Shown here: positions 1 through 14,888 of the stretch, in pieces
Numbering within the stretch: position 1 is the first letter of the stretch
Layout: every line of letters begins with the position of its first letter
From: Eledone cirrhosa
Taxonomy: Eukaryota
Length of the DNA: 64,000 nucleotides
Direction: 5' to 3'
Assembly (NCBI GenBank): GCA_964016885.1
Contig: OZ024757.1
Span: forward strand, 1,612,001 to 1,676,000
Translations under genes and position numbers: made by a program
The notes under the pieces: model-generated
The model's database searches: none
What the model was told of the DNA's origin: nothing
Seen by the model: the letters and a program-made list of their open reading frames with translations, nothing else

Positions 1-1143
1 GTGCAGAGGACCTGCGCAGACTGGAGAGGAACGAAGCATGTATGCACTGTTGGATGTGTAATAGTAATATACGCGAACGGCAAAGCATAAATGAACTAAG
101 TGAGAAATTAGGAATAAGAGGGATCAAATGCTGTTTACTTGAGAGAAGACTACATTGGTATGGTCACGTGATGCGCATGAAAGACGACAGCTGTATAAAA
201 GAATGCAGGGCAATGAAAATTGATGGAAGCTGCGGAGAAAACAGCCACAGGAAACAAGTACCACCAAACTCTGGGAGGGCTCTGTAGAAACAGTAGACAG
301 CTTCTGCTACCTAGGTGACCGAATTAGCAGTGGAGGTGGGTGTTTGGAAAGTACAATAACTAGGGTAAGAACAGGATGGAAGAAGTTCAGGGAGCTACTG
401 TCACTGCTAGCTGCAAAAGGCTTTTCCCTCAAAATGAAAGGCAGACTGTGTGATGCGTGTATACGAACAGCAATGTTACATGGTAGTGAGACCCAGGCAC
501 TGTCTGTGGAAGACTTGCGTAGATTAGAAAGAAATGAAGCCTGCATGCTCCGATGGATGTGTAATAGTAATATACGCGAATGGCAAAGCATAAATGAATT
601 GAGAGAGAGACTGAGCATAAGAGGAATCAAATGTTGTGTGCAGGAGAGGCGGTTTCGTTGGTATGGACATGTGATGCGTATGAAGGATGACAGCTGCATA
701 AAAAGGTGCAGAGCACTAGAAGTCGATGAAAACCGCGGAGTGGGGAGACCCAAGAAGACCTGGGATGAGGTGATAAAAGCCGACCTTACCCAATTACACC
801 TCTCAAAGGCAACGACACACAACCGTGACCTCTGGCGTCATGCCATAATACAGAAGACCTGACCCCCCATGGATTCAAGCCAAAGCTGAAGCATATAGAC
901 AATATGCCCCACACCCTCCCACTGCAAAGTGGTCGTGGAGGTGCCACAGCAAAAAAGCACCCAGCCCTCACTGTAAATGAGGTTGGTGTTAGGAAGGGCA
1001 TCCAGCAGTAGAAATCAAGCCAGAATCAGTTCCCGTATGAGCAAGACAAAGTCAGCCAACCGGACACTGCCCACAACAGGACAACCCGTCTAACCCATGC
1101 TAGCGTGGAAGAACGGACGTAAAACGGTGACGATGATGATGAT
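1..1143 (+). mobile_element. RTE-clade LINE 3' fragments (two partly redundant RT C-terminal pieces) with 3' UTR and (GAT)n tail
   Basis: ORFs 42-287 and 344-862 carry RTE motifs ([26 protein letters not shown]). The tail ends ctaacccatgctagcgtggaagaacggacgtaaaac+(gat)n. Confidence 0.9.
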
Positions 1144-1480
1144 ATTTATACCTACACACATATAAATATATATACCTACATACATTTATATATAAATATA
1201 TATACATATACATATGCATATTTATACATATATATTTATATATACACACACACATACATCCCTACATTCATAAATATACATACATATATATATATATACA
1301 TACCTATACACACAGGTATACACACACACACATACATACATAGACACGCATGGATACGCCCACATTGATATACACACACATACATACATATACACACATA
1401 TATACACCCACACACACACACACACAACCATATACACACACATACATACACACACCCACATCCCCCCCCCCCCCGCCCCC
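1144..1480. repeat. Compound (TA)/(CA) microsatellite
   Basis: Direct reading of the sequence. Confidence 0.9.
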
Positions 1481-1875
1481 AGTAGAAAGATTAGTTGGGT
1501 GTGACATCAGTAAAAAATAGAGAAAAACAAATAAAAAAATCTCAAGTCATTAAAAAAACAACAAAAAAACCCAGAAAAACTTGACGTCATAATGAGCTTA
1601 ATTAATGTTGATCGTTAGAGAAGATTATATATGTATCACCTTGTGTGATGTGGTGGCTATCATGATAGCTACATATGTATCACCTTTGTGTGATGTGGTG
1701 GCTATAATGGGGTTCAACTATATATACATCCACTCATCACTTCATCACCATCTCGTTTAACCCTTTCATCAATGGGTTTCTAATTAAATACACCCTATTT
1801 TAATTAATCAATTAATGAAGAATTTTGATGGGATTTGCTACTAAAATTATTAATTATTTCATTACTCAAAGATGA

Positions 1876-3954
1876 GAGAGTCACTCCAGGTAGAGCTGCT
1901 ACTTCTCCGAATTGAGAGATCACAGCTCTGATACTATGGACATGTGGTTAGAATGTCTCAGGAAAGAATAACTGGAGAGTCACTCCAGGTAGAGCTGCTA
2001 CTTCTCCGAATTGAGAGATCACAGCTCTGATACTATGGACATGTGGTTAGAATGTTCCAGGAAAGAATCTCAGGAGAGTCACTTCAGGTAGAGCTGTTAC
2101 TTCTCTGATTTGACAGATCACAGCTCTGATACTATGGACATATGGTTAGAATGTTCCAGGAAAGAATCTCTGGAGAGTCACTCCAGGTAGAGCTGTTACT
2201 TCTCTGAATTGACAGATCACAGCTCTGATACTATGGACATGTGGTTATAATGTCTCAGGTAAGAATCACTGGAGAGTCGCTCCAGGTAGAGCTGCTACTT
2301 CTCTGAATTGAGATAACACAGCTCTGATACTATGGACATGTGGTTAGAATGTCTCAGGTAAGAATCACTGGAGAGTCACTCCAGGTAGAGCTGTTACTTC
2401 TCTGATTTGACAGATCACAGCTCTGATACTATGGACATGTGGTTAGAATGTCTCAGGAAAGAATAACTGGAGAGTCACTCCAGGTAGAGCTGTTACTTCT
2501 CTGAATTGACAGATCACAGCTCTGATGCTCTGGACATGTGGTCAGAATGTCTCAGGAAAGAATAACTGGAGAGTCACTCCAGGTAGAGCTGTTACTTCTC
2601 AGAATTGACAGATCACAGCTCTGATACTATGGACATGTGGTTAGAATGTTCCAGGAAAGAATCTCTGGAGAGTCACTCCAGGTAGAGCTGTTACTTCTCA
2701 GAATTGAGAGATCACAGGTTTGATACTATGGACATGTGCTTAGAATGTCTCAGGAAAGAATAACTGGAGAGTCACTCCAGGTAGAGCTGTTACTTCTCAG
2801 AATTGAGAGATCACAGGTTTGATACTATGGACATGTGCTTAGAATGTCTCAGGAAAGAATAACCGGAGAGTCACTCCAGGTAGAGCTGTTACTTCTCAGA
2901 ATTGACAGATCACAGCTCTGATGCTATGGACATGTGGTTAGAATGTCTCAGGAAAGAATAACTGGAGAGTCACTCCAGGTAGAGCTGCTACTTCTCTGAA
3001 TTGACAGATCACAGCTCTGATGCTATGGACATGTGGTTAGAATGTTCCAGGAAAGAATCTCTGGAGAGTCACTCCAGGTAGAGCTGTTACTTCTCTGAAT
3101 TGACAGATCACAGCTCTGATACTATGGACATGTGGTTATAATGTCTCAGGTAAGAATCACTGGAGAGTCGCTCCAGGTAGAGCTGCTACTTCTCTGAATT
3201 GAGATAACACAGCTCTGATACTATGGACATGTGGTTATAATGACTCAGGTAAGAATAACTGGAGAGTCACTCCAGGTAGAGCTGCTACTTCTCTGAATTG
3301 AGATAACACAGCTCTGATACTATGGACATGTGGTTAGAATGTCTCAGGAAAGAATAACTGGAGAGTCACTCCAGGTAGAGCTGTTACTTCTCTGAATTGA
3401 CAGATCACAGCTCTGATGCTCTGGACATGTGGTCAGAATGTCTCAGGAAAGAATAACTGGAGAGTCACTCCAGGTAGAGCTGTTACTTCTCAGAATTGAC
3501 AGATCACAGCTCTGATACTATGGACATGTGGTTAGAATGTTCCAGGAAAGAATCTCTGGAGAGTCACTCCAGGTAGAGCTGTTACTTCTCAGAATTGAGA
3601 GATCACAGGTTTGATACTATGGACATGTGCTTAGAATGTCTCAGGAAAGAATAACTGGAGAGTCACTCCAGGTAGAGCTGTTACTTCTCAGAATTGACAG
3701 ATCACAGCTCTGATGCTATGGACATGTGGTTAGAATGTCTCAGGAAAGAATAACTGGAGAGTCACTCCAGGTAGAGCTGCTACTTCTCAGAATTGACAGA
3801 TCACAGCTCTGATGCTATGGACATGTGGTTAGAATGTCTCAGGTAAGAATCTCTGGAGAGTCACTCCAGGTAGAGCTGTTACTTCTCAGAATTGACAGAT
3901 CACAGCTCTGATGCTATGGACATGTGGTTAGAATGTCTCAGGAAAGAATCACTG
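1876..3954 (+). repeat. 99-bp tandem satellite, 21 units, derived from RTE LINE coding sequence
   Basis: Unit gagagtcactccaggtagagctg...ggaaagaataactg starts at 1876, 1975 and so on; 2079/99=21. It translates as ESLQVELLLLRIERSQL*YYGHVVRMSQERIT. Confidence 0.95.
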
Positions 3955-4118
3955 GACAGATTTTACAGACAAAACCAACCTGCAGGAGACCCAGGGAGAG
4001 ACCCGAATCAAGATGGTTTGATAACATCCATGAGCTTGGCTGATCTCACTTGAGGATCCAGCCAGATTAGTTGGAAACGGTTGCTTTTGACAGGACCTGC
4101 TGGAAGGAATGTTTGACG
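3955..4118 (+). pseudogene. Decayed RTE LINE RT C-terminus continuing from the 99-bp satellite
   Basis: Reads QILQTKPTCRRPRERPESRWFDNIHELG*SHLRIQPD*LETVAFDRTCWKECL, matching the RTE pattern RPRGRP..RW...DR..W. Confidence 0.75.
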
Positions 4119-4120
4119 AT

Positions 4121-4348
4121 TCAGCTTAGTGGTTAGAGCATTGGACTTGCAATCGGAAGGTTGTGAGTTCGATATCGGCCATTGCCTTTCCCTTGGACCT
4201 CATTGGTGGCGTGGAGAAGGAAGACTGGTATGCATAGGCAACTATTGGTCTTCCACAAACAACCTTGCCCGGACTTGTGCCTCGGAGGAAAACTTTCTAG
4301 GTGCAAATCCCATGGTCATTCGTGACCGGAGGGGGTCTTTACTCTCTT
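4121..4348 (+). mobile_element. tRNA-derived SINE
   Basis: A-box-like tagtggttagagc and B-box-like gagttcgat, then a non-tRNA body ending in a TA array. Confidence 0.65.
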
Positions 4349-6620
<2,272 letters not shown>

Positions 6621-6689
6621 AATCAACTTTACCCTCGCCAAAAATTCTTGGTCCTGTGCCTAAATTAGAAACCATTATTACCTCCCTTT

Positions 6690-6815
6690 ATGATCTGAGT
6701 TCAAATCCCGCCAAGGTTCACTTTGCCCTTCATACTTACGGGGTCGATAAAATAAAGTACCAGTAATACACTGGGTAATTGCTGGCCTTGTGCCAAAAGT
6801 AGAAACAGTTATTAT
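6690..6815 (+). mobile_element. SINE with Deu/Nin-like central domain
   Basis: gagttcaaatccc B-box plus gcccttcatacttacggggtcgataaaataaagtaccag. The same family occurs at 14889, 22430, 30735 and 37700. Confidence 0.7.
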
Positions 6816-6884
6816 TATGTGTTTTGATTTCAGGTTTGGGCCCCACAGTTCAGCCAACCCCCCACTACCCCCCCCCCCCCCCCC

Positions 6885-7326
6885 ACCGTAATAAATGGAG
6901 AAAGACTGTATATAAGGGAAAAGTTGCCTTTGAGGCATCTCGAATCGCATACGAGAAAGTAAAGCTGGATGTGAGGAAGGACATTGCTGTTGCACTTCCA
7001 GTGGCGAAGGTCCTCCTATGGTGCTGACATGCAGCGTCTGTGCGAGACCCTGCTTCAGCAAAGCTGGACTCGAAAGTCATCTTCGCAGTCATAAAGTAAG
7101 ACCAGTGGTTGACTACCAGGCTGCTGTTGGAGATGCTACTCATCATGCTTGCCAAGCATGTGGTAGAGAATGTAAATCAGCAGGAGGGCTCAAACGACAT
7201 GCAAAAGTACATCAACTCCAACCACAGCCGGCTATTCCCAGTGAATGTTTTGGTTGCCGAGTCTGTGCAAGACATTTTAGATCAATGGCTGGGCTAAAAA
7301 GCCACATTCGATTGCAGCACCATTAA
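6885..7326 (+). pseudogene. RTE LINE ORF C-terminus with three C2H2 zinc fingers (frameshifted)
   Basis: RNKWRKTVYKGKVAFEASR followed by CSVC..GLESHLRSH, CQAC..GLKRHAKVH and CRVC..GLKSHIRLQH. Confidence 0.65.
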
Positions 7327-7692
7327 TATATATGTGAGTGTATTTTTTGTTTGTTTTTTGTATATATATGTATGTATCATCATGAATGGGTATGCTGTTA
7401 ACCCACCAGGAGTGAGAGACCCATAGTTCTTGTTAAGACATTATTCTCAGAGAAGGAAAACTCAATGGCAGCCAATGATGCTGACTTGGTCTTCATTCTG
7501 GAAACCTGTCACCATTGTTCAGAGAGTTGGATTGGCATAGTGTAAGGCCTTTCTTCACTTAACCTTTCAGCATTTAAATTGGCCTTATCCGGCCAGAATC
7601 CTCACATCTTTCTGTTCAAAGCAGCTGTAACTGGCCGCTCATACTGATGTTAAGGTATTGTTTTCAAAATAAATCTCATAGATTCGATATTA

Positions 7693-8545
7693 TACAATAG
7701 TATATATAATGTAAATGTTATGTGAGATATTATGTGAGGTAAAGCCTTTACTGTGAAAATACAATAGTATATATAGAGTAATGTAAATGTTATGTGAGGT
7801 AAACCTTTACTGTGAAAATACAATAGTATATATAGAGTAATGTAAATGTTATGTGAGATATTATGTGATGTGAAGCCTTTACTGTGAAAATACAATAGTA
7901 TATATATAGAGTAATGTAAATGTTATGAGATATTATGTGAGGTGAAGCCTTTACTGTGAAAATACAATAGTATATATAGAGTAATGTAAATGTTATGTGA
8001 GATATTATGTGGAGTAAAGCCTTTACTGTGAAAATACAATAGTATATATAGAGTCATGTAAATGTTATGTGAGATATTATGTGGAGTAAAGCCTTTACTG
8101 TGAAAATACAATAGTATATATAGAGTAATGTAAATGTTATGTGAGGTAAACCTTTACTGTGAAAATACAATAGTATATATAGAGTAATGTAAATGTTATG
8201 TGAGATATTATGTGAGGTAAGCCTTTACTGTGAAAATACAATAGTATATATAGAGTAATGTAAATATTATGTGAGATATTATGTGAGGTAAACCTATACT
8301 GTGAAAATACAATAGTATATATAGAGTAATGTAAATATTATGTGAGATATTATGTGAGGTAAACCTTTACTGTGAAAATACAATAGTATATATATAGAGT
8401 AATGTAAATATTATGTGAGATATTATGTGAGGTAAAGCCTTTACTGTGAAAATACAATAGTATATATATAGAGTAATGTAAATATTATGTGAGATATTAT
8501 GTGAGGTAAACCTTTACTGTGAAAATACAATAGTATATATAGAAT
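7693..8545 (-). repeat. 72-bp satellite array (3' flank of Tx1 copy 1)
   Basis: Unit ctctatatatactattgtattttcacagtaaaggctttacctcacataatatctcacataacatttacatta on the minus strand. Confidence 0.95.
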
Positions 8546-8782
8546 GGTTTCTTTATTTTCCACTAGGGCACAAAAGGTAGGGACAGATACAAGGGGGGAA
8601 GTTTACATATAATTAACGAGTACAAAAATATAACAATGAAATAACAACAACAAACGAAGTCCTCAATAGGGAGGGGGCATTAACATGGGTCGCACACACC
8701 CCGGAAAAAATGTGCAACCCTTCTCCTCAGGAGCACAAAGAGTAGGTGCTTCCCTCGTCTCCTCTTTTTCCTCTTCTTTCAC

Positions 8783-11700
8783 CTACAGGCTGATATAGAG
8801 AGAAGACCCATTCACTCTGGCCATTCTCCCTACTTTCACCCACCTTTCATAAAACTTGCTGGGGTAGAGCACCTCTCTCTCCATTCTGATCCTTCTTTTA
8901 AAATGGTATTTGAAAAAGGGGACCAGTTGTTGGCCGGAGAGAAAGGTGTCTGACCTCAGCCCTTTCAGCCTCGTCCACCATACAACTTCTTTAGCCATGG
9001 CTATCACACAGAGAAAAACCGCCTCTCCTTCGTTTTTGAAAGGGGGAGGCGGTTTGATCGTGACAATGGACTCGGTGGTCAACCGGATTGGTCCCACCCT
9101 CGACAGTAGTCGTTCCACATAGCCCCACAGGTCAGCAATGCCTGGGCAGTGTACGAATGCGTGCGCAACGGTTTCGTCATCATGCACGCATCTCGGACAG
9201 ATCTTATTCAAAGGATCTCTACCCAGGCTCCCATGCCTGTGGAGCTTGTCTCGAACGGGTAGAGCCCCTCGGTAGCACTGCCAAGCCAGGGACTTTTGGA
9301 AGTTGTCCATCGGTCCAGGGCCAAACGTCCTACCGAACAGACTGGCCAGTTCATCTTCCTCCATGCCTAGAGCTTCTCCGAGAGCATCGTCGCACCTGCT
9401 GCGTACCAACCCTCTATAGAATGTCGAGGTGGAGTCTCCACTGATTGCCGGGTCCGCTTTCCAGAGGGCCGTGAGCGCCTGGGCACATTCAATGTGCCAG
9501 TCGCCCACTTTTCTCGGTCTTTGCTTGACCCAGGATTGCAGCTCGGTGAGCGAGACGAGTCTGGGAAAGGCTCGCCTCACAAACGGGGCCCACACCGGTT
9601 GACCGGTGAGGAATACCTGGAGGTGCCGTAGCCTTAATGCGTGTTTACGCATCTGTAGCCACGGCATCCCCAGCCCTCCTTTCGAAGGGTGTTGACAGCA
9701 GATGGATCTCCTCACCAAAGGGGTCCGCTTGTTCCAAAGAAATTGGAACAGTGCGCACTCCATTTTGGCGAGTCTTTTCACTGGGCAAGGCACGACGGTC
9801 AAGCGGTAGTAGATGACGGATGCTATATAAGTATTCGCCACCTCCGCTCAACCTTTCAGGGATAGTTTGCACTGGGCCCACTTCTGGGTGAGTGCAAACA
9901 CCCTGGCCGTTACCTTGTTCCAGTTTTTCTCCACCTGGAGGTCTGGTCCGAACCAGACCCCAAGCAGCTTCACCGGGCCCTCCGTCCAGCGTCCGACGAC
10001 GTCGTTGGAGGGCATCGGTTTGCCTCTCCATGTTCCGAGTTGCAAACCGACGGACTTGTCCCGGTTCAGCTTGGCTCCCGTAAACCTTTCATATTCCTCC
10101 AGTAAGGTGCCGATCTCACCGATTTGCGAGGTTTTCGACACCATTACTGTCACGTCATCGGCGTAGGCCGACGCCGCTTTCTGCAATCCCGGTTCCAAAG
10201 GGATGCCCTGCAACCGCTCCAACTTCCGCAGTAGTGGCTCAAGAGCCAGCACATACAGTAGGGAGGAGAGAGGGCATCCCTGTCGGATGGATTGCATGAT
10301 TTGGAACGGCTCCGAGAGGTGGCCGTTCACCTTGACCCTTGAGCAGACGTTGCTGCTGTGCATCGCAGCAATCCAACCCCTAAAAACGGGTCCGAAGCCT
10401 GCCGCCGCGAGCACCGCATCCAGGTAACGATGGTCAACCCTATCGAAAGCTTTAGATTGATCCAAGTTGATCAGGGCCCCACCAAAGCCGGGTTCGTTCC
10501 CTACCCTCTCTACGATGTATCGCATGAGGTGGAGGTTGTCGTGTATGGACCTGGACGGGATTGCGCATGTCTGCGCTTCTCCCACCAGGTTCCCGACGAC
10601 AAGTGCCAACCTCTTCGCTAACACCTTGGCCAAAATCTTTAACTCTGTATTTAGCAGAGTTATGGGCCTGAAGTTACTTATGTCATCCCCTTGTTCTCAT
10701 CCTTCCTCACCAGCGTAACTACGCCCTTGGTCACAGAACTGGGAATTCTCCCGTTCTGCTGCCAGTTGCAGTAGACCGCTTCGAGGATATCGGAGAACAA
10801 GTCCGGCATCGCTACATATAACTCGTATGGTAGACCATCGAGACCCGGGGATTTGCGTTTGCCGCATTGGCTCAGCGCCGCCCCTATCTCAGCAGCTGAA
10901 ATCGTCCTTTCGCAGGACTTCGCCTCCGCGTCCGAGAGGCGCGGCAGACCGTCGAGGTATGGATTGAAATCCATAGTCTCACCCGGCGCACCGCCCCTCT
11001 CGAACAGTCGTGCAAAGTGCCGCTGAAAGGCCGCACACATCTGCCCAGGTTCAAGGATCACACGCCCATCCTGGTCCTTCAAAGACCGAATCGTGGACTT
11101 GTTCCCACTTTTTGCCTCTGTCACTCGGGCCCAGCTCACAGCTTTGGCTCCCTCATTACCCAGAGCACGTATTTTACTCCTGACAACGCAGCCTTCATGC
11201 TTCACCTCAAAGAACTGGTCTAAGGCCATTCTTGATGCTAGCACGCCGGCTACATTGCCACTCCTAATCGCCTCTTCTACTCTATCTACTAATTCCCTTT
11301 CCATCTTGTTCCTATCCCTTGCTAATTCCTGACTAAAACCTATCGATTCTATTCTAATTGCTCTCTTAAGAGAGCTCCACCACCTGTTGTTGACAATTGC
11401 CCCTGTCAAACTCTGCTTAACTAACGTGCTAATCCGTTTACTGTAAGCTTTGCTTCTCGGTAAGGACAAGTTCAGCTTGCAGTAACCGGGTCCCTGTCTA
11501 TGGGTTCTATCAAGGTTGGCTATGCAGGTCACTAACTTGTGATCCGAATAGTCAACCATGAACATTTTTGGACAGCTAAATGTGTCCCTATCCTTCTCTC
11601 TAACTAGGACCCTATCTAGGTACGACCTAGATGTTCCACTGCGATTGGTCCACGTCCATAGTGGTACAGTCGGAAAATCTAGTCGATATCTATCGGCCAG

Positions 11701-12219
11701 GTCAAATCGGCCGATTAACCTTTTGAGGCTTTTACACCCCCCTCTATTGGCACATGCCCCTACATAGTCCCAACGTGCATCCAGGATACCATTCCAGTCC
11801 CCCACTAAAAGCAAGGAGCGGGACGTTCCCAGAAAAGTTTCCAGACGTTGGAAGTATTCCGGCCGCGCTGCCCAAAAAGGGGCGTACACAGCTATTAGTC
11901 TAAGGGCTCCACTTTCACTACTGCCGACGTCTAAAACCACCAGTCGACCCTCCAGGTCCAGGTGCACCTTCTGTATGGCGAGGCCCAGGTGTTTTCGCAG
12001 CAGAACGACAACTCCACCCCCACCCACCGGTTGACAGAGAGATGCGAAGATCTCAAAGTCGTCGAAGAGGGGTGCCAGTTGGTGCTCACTGCTGATCCTG
12101 GACTCGCAAATAGCCATTACATCCATTCTATGCGACCTGAGATTGTTTAAAAGTTTGCCTTGTTTCCAAGACAGTCCCAGGCCACGTACATTCAGACACC
12201 CAACTCTTATATCAGCCAT
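8783..12219 (-). pseudogene. Tx1 ORF2 (APE endonuclease, RT, C-terminal zinc motif) with one frameshift (~10690) and one stop (9848)
   Basis: Motifs LNVRGL, LLVGDWN, LDRVLV, SDH; KSPGLDGL, DQSKAFDRVDH, RQGCPLS, YADD; CPRC..ETVAHAFVHC. Confidence 0.9.
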
Positions 12220-12240
12220 GTTGGTTAAAAGAGGAAGGAC

Positions 12241-13968
12241 CTACCTGTTCGGCTCCTGAGGAGCAGGTTGCACAATATCCATGGGCGTATTGGAGGGGTT
12301 GTTTGGTGGGGTGTTGTTCTGTGGTGGAGTGGGGGTGTTTGGTGAGGTGTGGGTGGGGAAACGTTTCAAGAGGACGCGGTTATAGGGTCGAGTACATGTT
12401 TTCCACACGTCCTCAGGAAAGTTCTCTCTTAGTTTTGCATAGGTGTCCATTGGGAGTCTTATCATTTTTAAATGCGGTTTGTTGGCTGCGCTTGCAAAGA
12501 ATTGCCCTTCAGTTTCCACCGAAGGGTCTTTGTGTATTGTTTTTACTAGTTCTTTGTTATTTGTGTTAATGTATGTATACTGTTTTATTTGTGTTGTGTT
12601 TGTTTGTTGTTCTTGTGTGTGCTTACGTTTTGTTGTATGTGTTATGTTTTGGGGTGGGGCGGATTTTGTTTGTTCTGTTTGTTTTGTTTTTGTTGGTGGT
12701 TGTGTGTTTGTTTCGTTTATGTTCGAGTGGTGCTTTCTTTTTTTCCTTTTTACAGGTTGGAAGGGTTCCCCCTCTTCGTCACTAGGTGCCGTTTCCGCTG
12801 GGTCCTCGTCCGTGCTGTCGGGTAGTGGTGTATTTTGGGGTTTTGTTGTATTTGTGTGTGTTTTGGGAGTTGTTTTGGGTGGCGCCGTGTCTTGTGTTAT
12901 TTTTCCGTGTTGTTTTTGTTGTTGTTGTGGTGGTGGTGGTGGAGGTGGTGGCGGTGGTGGTGTGTGGGGTGTAGGCAAAAGAGCCTTTTTTTTTGTCAAT
13001 TGAGGACAAGCAGCCCTTAGATGACCCCTGCTTGAACAGTAGTAACATATGGGCCTCCTACCCTCGGCTGAAATATATATAAATGTTTCTCCATCGAGGG
13101 ACACCCTCTGTGGTATTCTAGCTATTCGTTCTGGTCTCATTTGGACCAGAACCTCCACGCTCAAACCGCCGAAAACGTCTGTGGTGACTTCTCCTACTGA
13201 AAGGATTCCGTCCTCGTCTTCTAAAAATCCTGTTAGTACCCAGGAAATGCATGCATTTGGCCGGATTCCGGAGACCCTTATCTTCTGCGTTCTTTTCCCT
13301 AAATATGTGGGGAAAAATGTATGTAGCTTGGAAACAATTGGCGCCACAGAGTATTTCCTGGCCGTCAATTGATCCTTCATTAGGACCGTTATATTCCCAT
13401 AGAGTGGCCCTTTTTGTATGAACGATATATCACTCCACACATTTTTTAGGACCAGCTCAATCTCTTTTTGGGATAATTGAGTTGGTTTCCTTGTTATGTT
13501 AGAAATTGTTCTGAAAGATATCGTTCTTAGCGTCGTGTCTCTTTTGATTTCTTGTGGGGAGGTGATTGTGAAGTCTCCTCCTTCTTTGAAAGTTACATAC
13601 TGTTTCGCTTCCTTCATCTTTTCTCTCAGAGTTGTAATGTCCAGTTGCTTGCAGGTTTGTGTTTTCCGGACCGCCTGTGCAAAGGAGGCACCAGTAGTGG
13701 GTTCGCTTTGTTTGGTGTTATCGTTATTTTTTCCTTGGTTGGTGTTGTGACTATTGCTGTTATTGTCGTTGTTGTTTTTGTCTGCGTTTATGTGACTTTC
13801 TGGCTTTTCACCCATTTTTACAAATTTTTCTTTTAATTCCGTGTTCCATGTTTCTTTTGCAGAAGTGAGGAGGGAAGACTTAGAGCCTTGTGCTTCTAGC
13901 TTCTCTGTATCACCTTTCTTAGGGGGCGTGGCTTTCACGTTAGGATGAGATGTGAAAATTCCGTCCAT
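12241..13968 (-). CDS. Tx1 ORF1 nucleic-acid-binding protein with CCHC knuckle and Pro/Thr/Gln-rich tail
   Basis: Open frame from ATG 13968; CYYCSSRGHLRAAC fits CX2CX4HX4C. Confidence 0.85.
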   Translation of the reverse strand: MDGIFTSHPNVKATPPKKGDTEKLEAQGSKSSLLTSAKETWNTELKEKFVKMGEKPESHINADKNNNDNNSNSHNTNQGKNNDNTKQSEPTTGASFAQAVRKTQTCKQLDITTLREKMKEAKQYVTFKEGGDFTITSPQEIKRDTTLRTISFRTISNITRKPTQLSQKEIELVLKNVWSDISFIQKGPLYGNITVLMKDQLTARKYSVAPIVSKLHTFFPTYLGKRTQKIRVSGIRPNACISWVLTGFLEDEDGILSVGEVTTDVFGGLSVEVLVQMRPERIARIPQRVSLDGETFIYISAEGRRPICYYCSSRGHLRAACPQLTKKKALLPTPHTPPPPPPPPPPPQQQQKQHGKITQDTAPPKTTPKTHTNTTKPQNTPLPDSTDEDPAETAPSDEEGEPFQPVKRKKRKHHSNINETNTQPPTKTKQTEQTKSAPPQNITHTTKRKHTQEQQTNTTQIKQYTYINTNNKELVKTIHKDPSVETEGQFFASAANKPHLKMIRLPMDTYAKLRENFPEDVWKTCTRPYNRVLLKRFPTHTSPNTPTPPQNNTPPNNPSNTPMDIVQPAPQEPNR

Positions 13969-14178
13969 TTCTATTAGTTTGCCATAATAAATTTTTAACT
14001 GGAAAATTCGCCCCAAAAAGGGGCGAAAATAAATAAACTCAAAGTTTGACGACCAAGGCAAGGGGTTAATGTATATTACAGTATAAAAAAATTAATCAAA
14101 ACTCACTTTTGAGTAAGTAAATCCGACTCGGTAGCCGAGCTTGTTCACACACGTCAACACACGTCTCTCGTATACGAG

Positions 14179-14682
14179 ATGTTATGTGAGATATTATGTG
14201 AGGTAAGCCTTTACTGTGAAAATACAATAGTATATATAGAGTAATGTAAATGTTATGTGAGATATTATGTGAGGTAAAGCCTTTACTGTGAAAATACAAT
14301 AGTATATATAGAGTAATGTAAATGTTATGTGAGATATGTGAGGTAAAGCCTTTACTGTGAAAATACAATAGTATATATAGAGTAATGTAAATGTTATGTG
14401 AGATATTATGTGAGGTGAAGCCTTTACTGTGAAAATACAATAGTATATATAGAGTAATGTAAATGTTATGTGAGATATTATGTGAGGTAAAGCCTTTACT
14501 GTGAAAATACAATAGTATATATAGAGTCATGTAAATGTTATGTGAGATATTATGTGAGGTAAAGCCTTTACTGTGAAAATACAATAGTATATATATAGAG
14601 TAATGTAAATGTTATGTGAGATATTATGTGAGGTAAAGTCTTTACTGTGAAAATACAATAGTATATATAGAGTAATGTAAAT
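14179..14682 (-). repeat. 72-bp satellite array (5' flank of Tx1 copy 1)
   Basis: Same unit, running into the MITE TIR. Confidence 0.95.
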
Positions 14683-14888
14683 GCTAAAGGGTTAAATAAG
14701 TTTCAAACTGAAGCATTGCTTCATCTAAATATGTGTTGCATGAACTTGTTTCTTTCACTGCAACATATACAGAAGGGAGTCTAAGTCCTTGGCAGGACTA
14801 AAAAGTCTTATTTGTGCCACCCAGGTATGAGAAGAAGGTCAAGGAATGGCAATTCTTAAAACTGAGATGCAGCCGTTATATATATATA

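Larger units (their letters stand above)
8546..14178 (-). mobile_element. Full-length L1/Tx1-clade non-LTR retrotransposon, copy 1 (5633 bp)
   Basis: ORF1 plus APE-RT ORF2. The 3' end is aataaagaaacc without poly(A). About 99% identical to 23993-29645. Confidence 0.92.
7563..14691 (-). mobile_element. TTAA-targeting MITE (piggyBac-like ends) containing the 72-bp satellite and a Tx1 LINE
   Basis: TTAA at 7559-7562 and 14692-14695. Imperfect TIRs cctttcagcattta / taaatgctaaaggg. Confidence 0.8.

Noticed and set aside
1876-3954. CRISPR-like regular arrays (also 18137, 23293 and 37900)
   Set aside because: They are head-to-tail tandem repeats with no unique spacers and no cas genes, in a eukaryotic context.
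4121-4185. tRNA gene (also 15270-15340 and 35025-35100)
   Set aside because: Only A/B boxes are present without a full cloverleaf, and the sequence continues into SINE bodies.
7018-7326. Host C2H2 zinc-finger gene
   Set aside because: There are no TGEKP linkers and it follows an RTE-type C-terminal segment, so it is more likely TE-derived.
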